A DNA stretch of 64,000 bases from Salpingoeca rosetta (Eukaryota; Protista; Choanoflagellata). Below the pieces are notes generated by a model that was not told the DNA's origin, made no database searches, and saw nothing but the letters and a program-made list of their open reading frames with translations. A program made the position numbers and the translations under genes. Where the stretch lies: contig JAWQFM010000007.1 in NCBI GenBank assembly GCA_033442325.1, positions 166,735 through 230,734 on the forward strand, given 5' to 3'. This document shows positions 33,947-48,906 of the stretch, piece by piece; within the stretch, counting starts at the first letter, position 1, and the number at the start of each line of letters is the position of its first letter.

Positions 33947-34358
33947 TCATGCATCTGCGTCGTCTGGCGTGTCATCCATGGTTGCGCTTGCTGTGCTGGA
34001 TTTGAGCTGCAAGTAGTGCTGCTTGACCTCCTTGCGCGCATCCTGGCTCACGATGATCGCCCTCTTTGTCTCGTCGTACCAGATGCATGCCTGACGCTCC
34101 TTGACAAAGGCAAGCAGCTTCGGGAAGATGGGCTTGGGCAAGTGGCGGAACAACACGCCCTCCGTCTTGGACAGGCGACTTGTTTCTTGCTCCCACAGCA
34201 GGATTTGATCGCTCACCGTTGGTGGCACGGGCGAAAACACTACAGCAACAGGAAAGGGGGGGGGGTATCATGGGTGAGCGTGCGTGTTGACATTAATGGT
34301 CGTGTGTGCGTGCGTTTGTGTTTGTTGTTGTTGTTGTTGCTGCTGCTGCTGCTGCTGC

Positions 34359-34437
<79 letters not shown>

Positions 34438-35161
34438 GGCTGTATCAGAGAGCCCAGTTGGTGGCACTTTGATGTGACGCATTGATGTGAAAGGGGAGGG
34501 AGGTGGAAATAAAAGAAAGTTGAACGTGACATGAACTGACCTGAGTGGGGCTGGTGGCGCATGCGTGAGCTGCAGTGCACCTTGAGAAAATGAAGGATCT
34601 GGCGAGCCGTGATACCCTGCGCCATGGCTTGGCGCACACTTGACCGCGTAATGGATGCCACCAGCATCGTGGGCAACTTGTATAGCTACGCACACAACAA
34701 CCAAAGCAACAACAAGGCCGTCATGCATGCGTCAGCAGGTATGTCCGCACGTGCTCATGCATGTTCATAGCATGTGAGCTGGCAACACAGAAGCAGTAGG
34801 CGTCTCAAGAGCAAATAGGAGTGTGGCAAGATGCGCGAGGGGTTCGTGTAGGCATGCTTCCACAAACGAACCGGCTTTGCAAACAGCTTGAGCAAGGAGA
34901 TTTTGAGGTCGGACTTGGTGTAGGCGTAGATGCGGAAGTTGGTCTCAATCACCAGGAACCCCTGCATGGCGTTCCAAGATAAAAACAGCACGGGCAGCAG
35001 GAACGGGGGGGGGAACATGGAGAATGGTGACATCCAGAAAGACTGGCAGGACCACTTTGACAAGTGATCACGCACACACCCACCCACACGCAGACAGGCT
35101 GACATGCAAGTGATACCACACACACACACACACACACACATACACACGCACACACACACGC

Positions 35162-35199
<38 letters not shown>

Positions 35200-35798
35200 G
35201 CACACGCACATACACACACACACACCTCATCGCGTCCTTTGCCACGAGGGCGCTGCTGGTCCTGAGAGCGAGAGCGAGGCGTGTTGGGTAGTATTGCTTT
35301 GACTTTTTCTTGCGGTGGTAGCAGAGCCCAATCTTGGAAAAATGGCGCAGCACGAGGTGTTCTGTCTTGTTCAACACCTCCGTTGGGTAATACTGCCACC
35401 ACGTACGCATGCAGGCAGTGCAGGCAAGAATCGTGCACATGCAGGCATGAGAATGCCGGTGAAGCTCGCACCAGGCGAAAGGGGAAGGGCATATGATTTT
35501 CACATCCCGGGGGTCAGCAAATTGCAAGCGACATGTGTGTTGAAACAATTGCGAAGCCCACACGGCATATCAGCATCAAGAGCGCATGGGGAGAGCAAGT
35601 GGGCACTAACGTTGCCAAAGGTGGTGTAGGCGACACGAAACACAAAGCCAAGCGCGTCCTCAATGTCAATGCCTTCGTTCTGCACACAAGCAGACATGGC
35701 CGAAAGATGTGCAACACTCGGACTGGTGCATAAAAGCAGTATGTACAGTGCACGAGGACTCAACGCACAACAATCAAAGCACAAAGCATCCAGTCCCA

Positions 35799-35841
<43 letters not shown>

Positions 35842-36056
35842 GGCAGGTTTGCAGGAACTTGATGACGTAGAACCACAGCTGTGTGCGTCGATCTTGCAAG
35901 AGAAACTGGAACCCGAGCGATGAGATGTCAAAGTCCTGCACATCTTCTCGCCTGTCGAGCAATGCACGTACGTGTGAACGAGGGAAGTGCATGCTGGCGC
36001 TGTAGGCTGCGACAGGGGTGCGTGCAGCACACACACACACAGAGGGAGAGATAAAG

Positions 36057-36133
<77 letters not shown>

Positions 36134-36576
36134 CACGCACACACACGCACACACACGCACACACACACATACACACACACGCATACACACACACGCACAC
36201 ACACACGCACACACACACACGTATACATACACACACACGCAAGCACTGCTGCGTCGAACCATGTCATGAGGTGTGATTGATACAAGGCCTGCTTCACCGT
36301 GTCCTCTTCCAAGCTGTCACTGCCAACCATGTAGTCCAGCACGTCCTACGCATGTCGCATGATACGGCAAGAAGGCAGCAGGGAGCGAAGTTGAGTTTCA
36401 CAGGGCCAGAGCGGGTATAAATCGCAGTCAAAAGGCAGCGACAGCGTGGCAGGCAGGCTTACCTCCCACTTCTCGTCTGCATACTGTTGCAGGAAGTCCT
36501 TTGACGCTGCGTGTTTGCCTGGATCGGGCGCTTGGCAGCGCTCTTTCCCAGTGCTGAAAGAAGAAGGCAATGTGTG

Positions 36577-36626
<50 letters not shown>

Positions 36627-36631
36627 CGTGC

Positions 36632-36722
<91 letters not shown>

Positions 36723-37421
36723 GGTGCGAACAAATATGTGCGGGAGAAGGGTGCAGGGTGGTGGCGCGCGAAAGCGGCGACAACCACTTTGGTACACGTG
36801 TGCCAGCATACCCTTGCAGCGCAGCGATGAGGCCGTTCTTGAAGGGCTGGGCCACGGCAACGGCACCGTCTCCACTCACAGCCAAGATCTGAAGCTTCTG
36901 CAGCTGTTCCAAACTCTCTGTCCACAGCCTTTTGAACACGAAGAGCAAGCACAGATATGAAGGAGGTTGCCGTGAGTGCACCAGCTCCTGCGGATGTGAT
37001 AATGACTGGAAACAATGCCCCGCAACTAGCTGACTGCCCGTTGAGGACCAACAAGACGAAGGCGCACCTGGCTTGCTCGGGGACAATCCAAGTTGAGACG
37101 ATGGCCTTGCTCAGTGCTGATGGCAGATACAGCAACCGCAGCACCATCTGCTTGGACAGCCCATCCAGACACCTGCGCGTGTGCGTTCGTTGAGAAAGGG
37201 GTGAGGTGGACCGTGAAAGGGTGCACATGAATGAGTGTGCAGATGAGGGCGTCATGTTGCCCATGGACAGTGTAGACAACAGCAACCTACATGCACAAGA
37301 GTTCACACACACAGACACACACACAGACACACACAGACACACACAGACACACACAGACACACACACAGACACACACACAAACAGACACACAAACAGACAC
37401 AGACACATACAAGTGCAATCA

Positions 37422-37454
<33 letters not shown>

Positions 37455-37585
37455 AGCAAGACGTACAGCTGAAAGAGGCCCAAGCAAGCGTGTGCGTGCT
37501 TGTACATGCGGAGGAACGTGCTGTCAGGGAGCGTCAGCAGGAACGCCCGCACATCTGCTCCATCTTGGATCGTCGTGTCTTCCAT
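33947..37585 (-). CDS. GTF2H4: TFIIH subunit p52/Tfb2, multi-exon
   Basis: [89 protein letters not shown] and [18 protein letters not shown] are all Tfb2 motifs. Confidence 0.95.
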
Positions 37586-37806
37586 GTTGATCGAGGGGAG
37601 GAAGCAAGAGTTCAGTGTCGCGCGTCAGATCATCAGAGCGCAGTCGTCGTTCAAATGACAACTGGCCCCAACAGCATAAAACAGAGCTCACTGTCACCTG
37701 CCTTCCACTACACTCCTGTTGGCGCCATCTCTGACAGACCCACACACACATACACAGTCACACAGTCACACACAGTCACACACAGTCACACACAGTCACA
37801 CACAGT

Positions 37807-37840
<34 letters not shown>

Positions 37841-37867
37841 GACACATACAGACACACACACACACAC

Positions 37868-38351
37868 ATGGTCCCAAACGGCGGCGATGGCGGGAGGACG
37901 CTGTTTGTGTCACTGATTGCGTTTGTGGTGTTGGCAGCGCCTGGGCTGTACATCCTCGTGGCGCCATCAGAGGCAGACACAGCCGTGTACTCGGCACACA
38001 CTCAACGCCTCGAGGTGCATGGCGGAGAACTACCTCAGCTCCAAGTGCAGCCGGCAGCCTCAAGCAAACGGCAACGCACGCAACAACAATCAATGCAACA
38101 ACAAACAACGCAAGAGCAGCAGCAAACGAAGGCACCAGCATCAACGGCAAACGCAGAGCAAGGCCTCGTGCCTCAGACAGCCTCGCCCAAGAACGATGGG
38201 GAGCATACACCAACAACAGCGGCAGTGGAGGCAACACGGCCAGCACCACCAGGGAAGCTCCGTGTGCGCACGGAAAACGGGCCATACGACATCAGGGAAG
38301 CTGTTCGCGTCTGTCACGCAAAAGGACATGCTCGACCCCCCAGCCCAGCCT

Positions 38352-38382
<31 letters not shown>

Positions 38383-40228
38383 CTACGTGTACTTGGGGTG
38401 TCTTGTGTTCACAGAAGAGGCGTTGGATAAGGCAGCCACTTTGCCTGTGGCCGACTCGTGGGATGCATGTGCCAGTGCATGTACCAGTCGACACCTGCCT
38501 CTCTTCATGCTCTTCGCTGAAAAACAGCAGCAGCACTTGCCTGGGGAGCTGGGCAAGCGGCGCTGTGCGTGTTTCTCCGAGCAGCTGCCCACGCCAGCCC
38601 GCGCGTGCACTGCGGCACAAGCCACAGTGGCTTCCACGTCAGCACCACCCGCCGCGTGGGGCAGCAAGTGCGACACAGCGCCCTGCCTGTCGACGACCAC
38701 CGAGCACCACCTCTACCACATTGGACAGTATCCGAGCCGCCACATGGGTTCGCAGGAGGGCGCTGCCACGCCAGATGAGCGCGAGCACGTCGACGTGCAC
38801 CTGTTCGTGCACGACCGCCTCAGCAGCCTGTGGCACACGTGCAGGCTTGCGCACTACTCCACCCGCTACAACTATCGCGTGTACGACCAGCGGTTTCAGC
38901 ACGCGGAAGGCGGGATGGTGGACCATGTGCTCCACGCCATGGCGGGACCCAAGCTGATTGTGCTCAACGCGTGCTGCTCAAAGCCCGAGCTGCTGCTCAA
39001 CTGGCCTGACGACGCCGTGCTCGTCATTGCCGCCGATGAGAGTGCGCGGTGGGGGTTCTCGCATCCAAACGGGCATGTGTGGTGGGGTCCACACGGCAAG
39101 AACGGGCCGTTGGCGACAGATGCAAGCGGCAACATGGTGCTGCCGCCAAAAGTGACGCCGCTGTTCAAGCAGTACTACTCGGCAAAGCACGTGGATGTGT
39201 ATGGCGACGACGTGCACTTCCTCCCACTTGGCTCCCGTTACGAGTTCCAGGACCCGCCAGCAAACCTCGTGCCAAGCACGCGGCGGCGATACGTGTACAG
39301 CTTCATGGGCGCAACCACCAACCCCATGCGCAAGCAGCTGGTGGAAGTCATGCAAGCAGACACGCTCATTCCAAAAGAAAAGGTACGTGCGTGTGTGCGT
39401 GGGGTGTGGGGTGTGTGTGGGAGGTTGTGTAGGTTGGCTTGCTCGCATTTCCACGACAAGTACATGTCATGGCTTGCTGTCGTTCATTTACATAATCTTG
39501 GCGGGGTGTTTGCATGTGTGTTCCTGTGCGAACAGGCGTTCCTTCATTTGATTCGCAAATGGGCCACCGATCCAAACGACCCAAGCACGGGCTATCTCAA
39601 CTCCACGCAGTACGCCCAGATCATGAGCAATTCCGTGTTCACCATGTGCCCAAAGGTGAGGAAGCAGAACAGGTTGGGTGTGCGGCAATATGGGAATTGG
39701 CATCAACCAAGACACCACACACTCACACACACTCTCACACACACACACACACTCTCACTCTCACACACACGCACACACACATGCGTACATTGGTCTCCTT
39801 CTTCAACACACACACACACACAAACAAACACACACACACACTCACACGCACACGCACACATACAAACAAACAAACACACACACACACACATATGCACACA
39901 CACACACATAAACACTGCATAGGGGAATTCGATTGAGCAGTTTCGCATCTACGAAGCAATCGAGGTTGGCTCCATCCCCGTCATCTGCATGGAGGGAAAA
40001 TACGCGCGCGAGCGCCTGCCGCCAGAGATGTTCGAGTCGCCGATCTTGCTCGTGGACGATTGGTCCGAAGCACCACAAGCGATGATGGAGGTGTACAGCG
40101 ACCCCGCAGCGCTGTTGGCGCGGCAGATGGCGCTGGCAGCGTGGTACGACGCGTACATGCGCGCACGCATCCACGACATCGAGGCCGTGTTACAGCGCAA
40201 GAGCAGCAGTCCATCACCAGGCACGTGA
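37868..40228 (+). CDS. Type II membrane exostosin-family (GT47-like) glycosyltransferase, RXYLT1/TMEM5-like, with a WSC-like domain; 3 exons
   Basis: N-terminal TM segment [20 protein letters not shown]; WSC-like YVYLGC...CASAC...CAC; catalytic region FLPLGS...RRYVYSFMG...RKQL...[15 protein letters not shown]|[21 protein letters not shown], comparable to RXYLT1 [26 protein letters not shown]. Confidence 0.75.
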
Positions 40229-40788
40229 TGCAGTGGCAGGTTCTGACAACGTGGTGTCATGACACGGGTGGTGATACTCGGGTACTTGCGTTCGTGCTCG
40301 AGGAAGTGTAGGTTTTGGTTTTGGTGTTGGTGCTGGTGATGGTGCTGGTGATGGTGCTGGTGTTGGAACTAGCAAGGCGCATTTTCCTGTGTGATGAGGA
40401 GGGAATATGTGTGCACGCGTGCGACCACCCCCTTCGTTACGGCGGTGTGTGCTGCGGAACTGGCTAGTGTTGGCATGCAGAATGAATACATAGTTTACAG
40501 TTGATAGCATGAATCACGATGAAGTAGTAGGCACAGGAATGATTGCGGAAGCAAGCACGAACAAAAACGAGCCACACACCTGTCAGCACAACACATGACG
40601 GAAACGACACACAAATCTGCGAGGAAAGAAACTGACACTCTTACGATAGGTACGTGCACCAATCTATCAACACACAGACACAAACATACATACATACATA
40701 CATACATACATACATACATACATACATACATACATACATACATACATACATACATACATACAGACAGACTGACACACGCACGCACACG

Positions 40789-40879
<91 letters not shown>

Positions 40880-40920
40880 GCGCGCGCGCGCGCACAGACA
40901 GACACAACAGCCACGGGCGA

Positions 40921-42832
40921 TTAGACAAAGGATGCGCGCTGGGTGGTGGTTGGCTCCCTGACGAGGCAGTGGAGATGGGCGAGCACAAACTTGGCGAGGA
41001 ACCGCTCCGAGTCAAGCAGCGCCACGTGCGCCGCCCGCCCAATCGCATTCGCAAGCGAGAACCGCGACTTGGACGGCGGAAAGACAACTTGGCACCGCGA
41101 CAGGCTCGTGTTCGTGCCTGCAAGCATTTCCTGCAGCAGGGCGGTGCGGACCTCCTCAAACACGGCCTGGCGCGTGCCACTGCCGCCCTTTGGCTCCGGC
41201 GTGAGCAGCGCCGACGACAGCGACACGTACCCGTCCTGTGGCGAGGCAACGAGCACAACGTGCCTGAACCTGCCCAGCTTGCCCTGGTTCCGCATGCGAT
41301 ACAGCAGCGCATCTCGCATGCTGCGCGCGTCCTTGAACTGCAGCTGCGGCATGGAGGTGGACCGTGTGAGCTTGCTCATGAACCACAGACCCGTGTTGAC
41401 GAGCCCAGACAGGAACACCGCCCCACAGTGCGGCCCGCAGAAGGAGATGTACGTGTGCAGTTTGGCCTTGGCAGCGCTGCCAGCGCCGTCCAGCAAACTC
41501 GCCCGCGCCCGGCTCAAATCGCCTCTTGCTTTCGAATCTGATGATGATGATGATGATTGTGCTGATGATGATGATGATGATGCCGCTGCTGTTGTTGCAT
41601 GAGCGTCGTTACCGTTGTCGTTGTTGTTGTCGCTGTTGCTGCTGTTGGCGGTGTGCCCTCCATCCTCGAACAAACCAGCGAGGCGAGGCGAGGAGAGGGC
41701 ATGGCGGATGACAAGATTCCCGAGCGAATGGCCAATAAAGGACACGTGCATCGGGTCGTGCTTGTGCATGGCAGACTCCACCGCCACAATCAAGCTCTCT
41801 GCCAGAAGGGGAATGCCCTTGTGTGTGTCGTCATCGCTCCACATGAGGAAGGTTGCATCAGGCAGCCACTGCTGAATCTTGAGCCGCACGTTGCGCAGAT
41901 CGTACTGGTTACCCTCCAGCCCGTGCACACACACAAAGAGGTGCCGCTCCCCCGTGTCCAGCTGTCGCAACACATCACCCGGCAGCACCGACGGCAATTG
42001 CTGTAACCGCACGTCAGCAGCATTGGCGCTGGCAGGCTGTGCGCTCACGTCTGGCGTGGTCGTTGTTGCTGTTGCTGCTGAAGTGGTTGTGGTTGAAGTG
42101 GCTGTCTCGGTGCCTTTGGTGGCGCTTGTCGTCGTGTTTGATGCAGCATCGAGTGACGGCAGGGTGACACACGGCGCCGACAGGGCCATTCTGAGGGCCA
42201 TCGTGTCCGCCAACACATCCGCAGCCGCCGGGGAGAGCGGCAGTGTCTCCAGCGCCGCCGTTACCGGGTCACGCACCTGTGACGTCATCAGCACGCGCTC
42301 CTGCAGTGAACCTCTGGAGGAAGCTTTTGAAACGCCGCCGCGAAGCTGTTTGGGAGTCCTGCGCTGCCGCCCGCCTGAACTCACCGCAGACGCCACGGAT
42401 GCAGTGCTCGCTTGGCGGTGGCGGTGGCGGTGGCGGTGGTGATGATGATGGCTGGCTGTGGACGCATCGCCCTCCCGTCCAGCGGTGGTGCTGGTACCGT
42501 CGATGCTGCGTGACACGGCCATCCCGTCTGCTGCAGCTGCTTCCCGTGCTGGTGTTGCTGGCAGCGCACCGTGCACGTACGGGTTGCCGCGCTGCTGCCG
42601 CTCGCGGTCGCGATGGTGGTGGTAGTGCTGATTGTGGGTACCATGACTGTGGTGGTTGCCGTGGTTGTGGTGGTGCTGGTGTTTGTGGGTGTTGTTGTTG
42701 GCATGCTTGCGGTTGTGTCGTTTCTTGCGCCGCGAACTTCGAATGCGCGAAAACGGCCACCGCCCACTCCCGCACCCGCATCCAGCGGCATCGCTGTCAT
42801 GTGCGCTCGCACGCCGTGCACCACCACCATAC

Positions 42833-42888
<56 letters not shown>

Positions 42889-43857
42889 GGTTTGCACGAG
42901 GGGTTGGTGATCGGATTGGTCTCCGCTCAGAATGATGGCGTCAACATCAATATCAGACGCGTCAGCAGAGCTGTCGCCGCCACCACCTTCTCCTTCACCA
43001 TCATCATCATCATCATCGTCGTCGTCGTCATTCTTATCATCGTGCTGCTCGACCAGAACGCTGGTGTCGTTGATGTTGGCGTCATAGTGGTTGGTGCTGA
43101 CAAACACATCCACACCAGTGTGGTCGTCGTCTTCACCCGCATCATTTGCCATCACCACCGCCTCGCTCGTGGCAACCGTCGTGTTCAAATCTGCTAGCCC
43201 TCGAAACCCATACACACTGTCATCAGGGCTTGCACTTCCTCTTTCCCGACCATCATCATCATCATCATCAACATCAACACCACCAGCATCGTCGTCGTCG
43301 TCGTCGTATGCCAGGTCGACAATGCCTCGAGTGTCTGCCAGTTTGGCCGTGGTGTTGCGCCCGTACATGTGGTGTTTTGGGGACCGCAGTAGCATCATCT
43401 TCGAGCCATCTTCACCTTCACCTTCACCATCATCGCCACCACCACCATCTTCATCACGACCGTTGTCACTGTTGGTTGAAAACAGTTCTCTCCTCCTGTT
43501 TCCAGAATGCTCTGGCTGCCAATCCCCATCACCCTGCCGCTGCCCGCGGTGTGGGGCGTGCGCGGGTGTGGGCGGGCCCTTGCGCGGTGTCTGTGGACGA
43601 GTGGAACAGAGAGACGATGCGCGTGTTGTTGCGCAGCGCGGGCTGGACCACGGCGCCGTCAGCCGCTCAATGAAGAGCGCAGCCGTCTCGTCAGGCCGCG
43701 TCGCGTCTTCTGCAACTGAAAACACCTGAACACGCGGTGATGGTGGCGGCGGCGGCGGTGGCGGTGGTGGGATGTAAGTCACATAAAGCAGCGGAATGGG
43801 GCAAACGCGGAACCACTCAAGCATACACACAAGCACATACGCGTGCAACTGTTCACG

Positions 43858-43890
<33 letters not shown>

Positions 43891-46446
43891 GTACGCACAC
43901 TTGCATACACACATACACACTCGTAGCAGCACCAGAACAACGACCACTCACTGGGTGGAGGGCTGCGTTGCTGGTGTACATGGCTGATGATTGCCGGAAC
44001 ACAAGCTGTGCCAGGTCCACCGGCTTGTGTCCACCAAAATCCGTTGCGCTCTCCAGGACCAGTTGTCCAGTGGGCAGATCGCGCGAATACACGCCGCACG
44101 CCAGCAGCCGATGCATGTGTTGCCTGCAGGCACGCGTCGCCAAATTGCGCAACCGCGCGCTGTGGGCACCGAGCACGTGCAGCCCAAGCACGGCGTCATC
44201 CAGGGCTTCATAGATGTCCACGAGCTGCGTGGTGAGGGCACGAATACTGTACATGGGCACACCACCACCACCGCCACCACTGTTGCTGCCATCGCCACCA
44301 TCATTGCGACCGGTAGCAGCGAGGGCGGTGTGGTGTCGCGGGCGCACGTGTTCATCGCGCTCGTCAAGGTCTGGTGTCTCGAGCATACCGGACAGCGCAC
44401 CGCGGGCGGTGGCCAGGCCGCTGATCACGTGGGCCGGTGTTGGGGCTGATGATGATGGTGGTGGTGGTAAAGAGTTGGCGGTGGCACGGGTGCTGGATCC
44501 TGCGGTCTGGCCGTGCAGCGGCTGCATGCTGTGCACGTCGTGCTGCGAGTCGAGGGCGGTGACGGTGAAGGAGAGGAGAGCAGCGAGCGCCGCCCGGAGC
44601 TGATGGAAGCGGACCACAGGCGCTTCTGCTGTCGATGGTGTTGCTGATGATGACATTGATGCTGATGCTGAGGGTGTTGATGAAGAAGGGTTCGTGCTGG
44701 GTTTTGGTGTGGCGGAAGCCGTTTCTGAGGGCGTGACAATGTTCAACAGGGCGTCCTCAAGCTGCGCTTGCAGTGTCTCGCTTCGTTTCCTGCACAACAT
44801 GTGCAGCAGTAACAAGTAAGGCATGCATACGTGTCAACTGTGAACCACAAAGTGGACGGTGTCTGGACTCGTGCAGCAGAGCACACACAAGTTACAACCT
44901 GCAACTACATTAACAGGTCACCACCAGCAAATACATCCACATACCACACACACACACACATGACCACCATCCACCACCAACAAACCACAGACCAACAACA
45001 ACAAAGCACACATTACCACCATCCACCAACAACAAACCCATCGCCATCACGACCACCTCCACCAAGCATCGTGTTTATCGTGCGTACATTTGCTGCGGCG
45101 TCGGTGGCGGGCGAGACGGTGACGCTGGGGCGCATATCCCCGTGAGAAGACATGACACCATCACCTTCACGCCGCACATGTGCAGGAAGTCAAACTCCAC
45201 CGTGTCGGCCCACAGGCGCTGCAGGCAGGAGAGCCCCCACACGTTGATGGTTCGCGTTGCCAGCACATCCTGCTCTGCTGCAGTGGCGTCGTCGCCACCA
45301 TCGCCCTCGCGAGCGAGCAGCAGCTCAAGCACAATGGATATGGGGGCCTGGCAGTATGTACAGCGTGTATGTGTGCGGGGGGGGGGTGTGTTGAGTTGAG
45401 AGGTGCGAGGCATCAGAGCTGTGTAGCGTGTGCGGGTGGACGTGTGCGGGTGGACGTGTTTGTACATGTCAGCAGAGCGCACGCACAAGTAAGACTCACG
45501 TGATTTGGGATGAGAAGGTGGTGTAGCGGCGTGAATGCAGTGCACGACAGCGCTGTGTCAAAGTGGCAAAAGTCCCTCTTGTACCTGTGAGTGAGTGAGT
45601 GAGTGAGTGAGTGAGTGAGTGAGTGAGTGAGTGAGTGAGTGAGTGAGTGAGTGAGTGAGTGAGTGAGTGAGTGAGTGAGTGAGTGAGTGAGTGAGTGAGT
45701 GAGTGAGTGAGTGAGTGAGTGTATGTGTTGGTGGTGATGCAAAAGGCACAGGTGGTTGTCATATGTGGGCCACATCACATCAGGAAACGTTGGCTCAAGC
45801 ACACTCACTTGACAAAAAACGTCTTGGTCTCCATTGTGATGGACGACGGGCTGCTTGGAACAAGCCGGCCCGAGCCAGGAAAGTGGCCTGGTCGTGGTGG
45901 TGTGTGTGTGAACGTCGTGATAGTGAGGTGAGGTGAGACAGTCACACGCAAACTTAGCCACTGTTTGAACTGGCATAGGAAAGCGCACTCGCTCAGACAA
46001 ACACACATACACCCACACCCACATACACACACCCACCCGCCCACACACATACTGCACGTACCACAGCGAAACTCGAGGGCGAGGTTGCGTCGACGTGGGC
46101 TTTCGATGGGTAGGGCATCAGCAAGGACGGGCGCATCCGTAGTGTTGAGCGGCCGCTTGTCCTTACACGAGGCAAAAAGGCCAGTCAGCGTGGACACAGC
46201 ATTGGGGCAACTAAGAGGCTGCTGCTGTTGTTGTTGTTGCTGTTGGTGCTGGGGGTGGTGTTGCTGATCCGTGCGCGCGTGCGCCCCTTTGGGCTTGTTT
46301 AGCTGTTGCAGCTGCTGCGGCCGAGCTGCGTTGCTCACCACACGTACGCGCACAGAGTACGTGCCCTTTTCAAACAGATCAATGTTCTCAAAGTCGGACA
46401 CAGACACCAGCAGCCGCAGGCACCCACACAGCTCACCACCCACCAT
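40921..46446 (-). CDS. FAM135: FAM135-family protein (C-terminal DUF676 putative lipase), multi-exon
   Basis: N-terminal [16 protein letters not shown] (FAM135 FxNVDLFQRGYY); [29 protein letters not shown] (GxSxG), [35 protein letters not shown]. Confidence 0.9.
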
Positions 46447-46884
46447 CACTCGCTCCCTTCTTGCTTGCTTGGTGTCCTGGTTGGTTGGCCTGCCTTCTTG
46501 TCTTTGTGCCGTTAGCAGTGCGTCCTAGATTTAGGACAGTTGTCCTACAAATAGTGCATCCACCAAATCCATCTCACCCTCCAACACAAGAAACAGCAGA
46601 ACGCACAGCGCGCATCGCTTGCTTGTTGCTTGTCGTGTCGCACGCATCTCCTTCATCGCCCCCTCTTCATCTCACACCCGCATCACTTCCCACGCGCGTC
46701 TCTTCATACTTCAACGTGTACGCAACAGACGTGTTGTCCTTGTTTGTGTTGTCTGCCTTCGCTGAGGTTGTGAGGCGAGGCTGTGCAGGCAGTTCTTCTC
46801 TGCGAGTTTAACTTGTGGGTTGTCGTAGCTTCGTGCTTCCCGTTTTCTTCATCTTCTTGGGGGCTGTGTCGTCCACCGCGCAAC

Positions 46885-47640
46885 ATGGAGGAAGAAGGCA
46901 TCGTGTTCCAAGGCCCCTGCTACAAGCAAGGTGGCGTCGTGAAAAACTGGAAGCGGAGATGGATGATCTTGAGAACAGATGGTAAGCATGAATCAGCCCG
47001 TTGTGTGTGGGGATGTGGTGTGCTTTTGCGCGCGTGTGCGCGAGTGTGCTGGGGTGGTGTCTGTATGTGTTGTTTGTGTGTGAGTACGTGCGTGTGTTGC
47101 GTGCGTGTGTGTGTTGTGTATGTGTGTGCGAGTAAGTGCGTGTGGTGCGTGTGTGTTTGTGAGTGAGTTTGTCGTTCGCTCTGGGGGGGGGGGTGCGTGC
47201 TGTGCCCACCTTCACATGAAGTGACCTCCGTGGCCAACACTTTCCCCTCTGCTCTTTGCTACCTCTTTACACAACACACCCTTCACTTTCTTCGCTCTTA
47301 TTAACACTCCCTGCACTCGATGCCCTCCTTTCCTTCCTCCTTTCCAATGACACTATTATCTGCGATAGGGCGGCTGTACTACTATGCCATCAACAACTCC
47401 AAAGTGTACCCGAGGGATGGCTTCAAGGGCGTGATTGAGGACTTTGTGGATGTGTGCCAGGGAGAGACAACAGAGTTGCTGACATCGTGGCCACGGGATG
47501 CGCCGCAATCTTGCAGGTTCTCCCTGCCAACAAACCAGCGGACATACCACATCTACTGCGACACAGCGGCAGAGTGCCAGAAGTGGGCGGAACACCTCAA
47601 CAACACATGCAGACAAAAGGCCAAAGCAGACAGGCACTGA
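46885..47640 (+). CDS. Small single-PH-domain protein, 2 exons (46885-46981, 47369-47640)
   Basis: QGPCYKQGGVVKNWKRRWMILRTDGRLYYY...FSLPTNQRTYHIYCDTAAECQKWAEHL fits the PH consensus, including the KxnKxRW phosphoinositide-binding pattern. Confidence 0.9.
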
Positions 47641-47655
47641 CCCCTGCGCCCATCG

Positions 47656-47724
<69 letters not shown>

Positions 47725-48030
47725 CGGTTCTTTGTACAGTGCGCCCTGGTTGTCGGGTGTGTCGTGAGGGCCTTGCCAGTGTGGCCTATCGTGTGTCACG
47801 CGATGTGAACTGTTCTGTGTCAGTGTTCCGGTGGTGCTCTGAGCGTGTGGTGGTGGTGTAATGCTGTGGTGTTGCTGCTGTTCGTGTCCGTTCGCTGTAA
47901 CGCGGATTGATGATGTTTGTTACTCGCCCGCTGTCGTCGTGTTTTCTTTCACCGTCTCTGCTCCTGTCATCGCTCCCTCCAACTGTTTCTTTCACTGCCT
48001 GTCCATTCCTTCATCGTCCGCGCGCCACAA

Positions 48031-48083
<53 letters not shown>

Positions 48084-48443
48084 GCGTTGCCGTGCAAGTC
48101 CACACGCAGCTTCGTGTATGTGTGTGTGTGTGTGTGTGTGAAGTTTCATCGTCCCTCCTTTGTCTCCCCCTTGCCGGAATTCCTTCCTTCACATTAGCTG
48201 CAGTTGCGTCTATCAACCCCCCCCCCACTTGTTCGCTTTGCTTCCTGTTCTTCGTTGTCCCCTTGCATGTTCTCGCGCCGATGATGGGAGGCACTGGTTT
48301 GTCAGACACCCCACCGTGTTCCTCCCTTCTTTCTCATCAGCATTTGCTTCTTTCTTTCCTTCTTTCCATTCATTTGTTTTGGTGTCAGTGTGTAAGGCTG
48401 TTCACAGAGAGTATAACTAAGAGTCGACACCCAATAGTCGTGC

Positions 48444-48511
<68 letters not shown>

Positions 48512-48699
48512 TTGGGACACTGTGGCAGTGGGTAAGAGTACAGGAACAAAGACAAGGGAGAGCAGCACTGCCATGGCGCATGTGGGTCGATCATAACATG
48601 TTCATCAGACGCATGTGGTGGAAGGGGAACAAACAGGAACGGATGGGAAGAAGGGGCGAGCGCACAGAGGCAGAGACAGAGACAGAGACAGACAGACAC

Positions 48700-48820
48700 A
48701 CACACGCGGACACACATACGTTACACAGACAGATACGCGCACACACATACGTTACAGACAGACACGCGCACACACATACGTTACACAGACAGACACACGC
48801 ACACACATACGTTACACACC
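48700..48820. repeat. ~30-bp tandem repeat, about 4 copies (core CACACATACGTTACA)
   Basis: The core recurs at ~48711, 48742, 48771 and 48802. Confidence 0.8.
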
Positions 48821-48832
48821 ACAACACACCAC

Positions 48833-48892
<60 letters not shown>

Positions 48893-48906
48893 GCGACACA
48901 CGCAAG

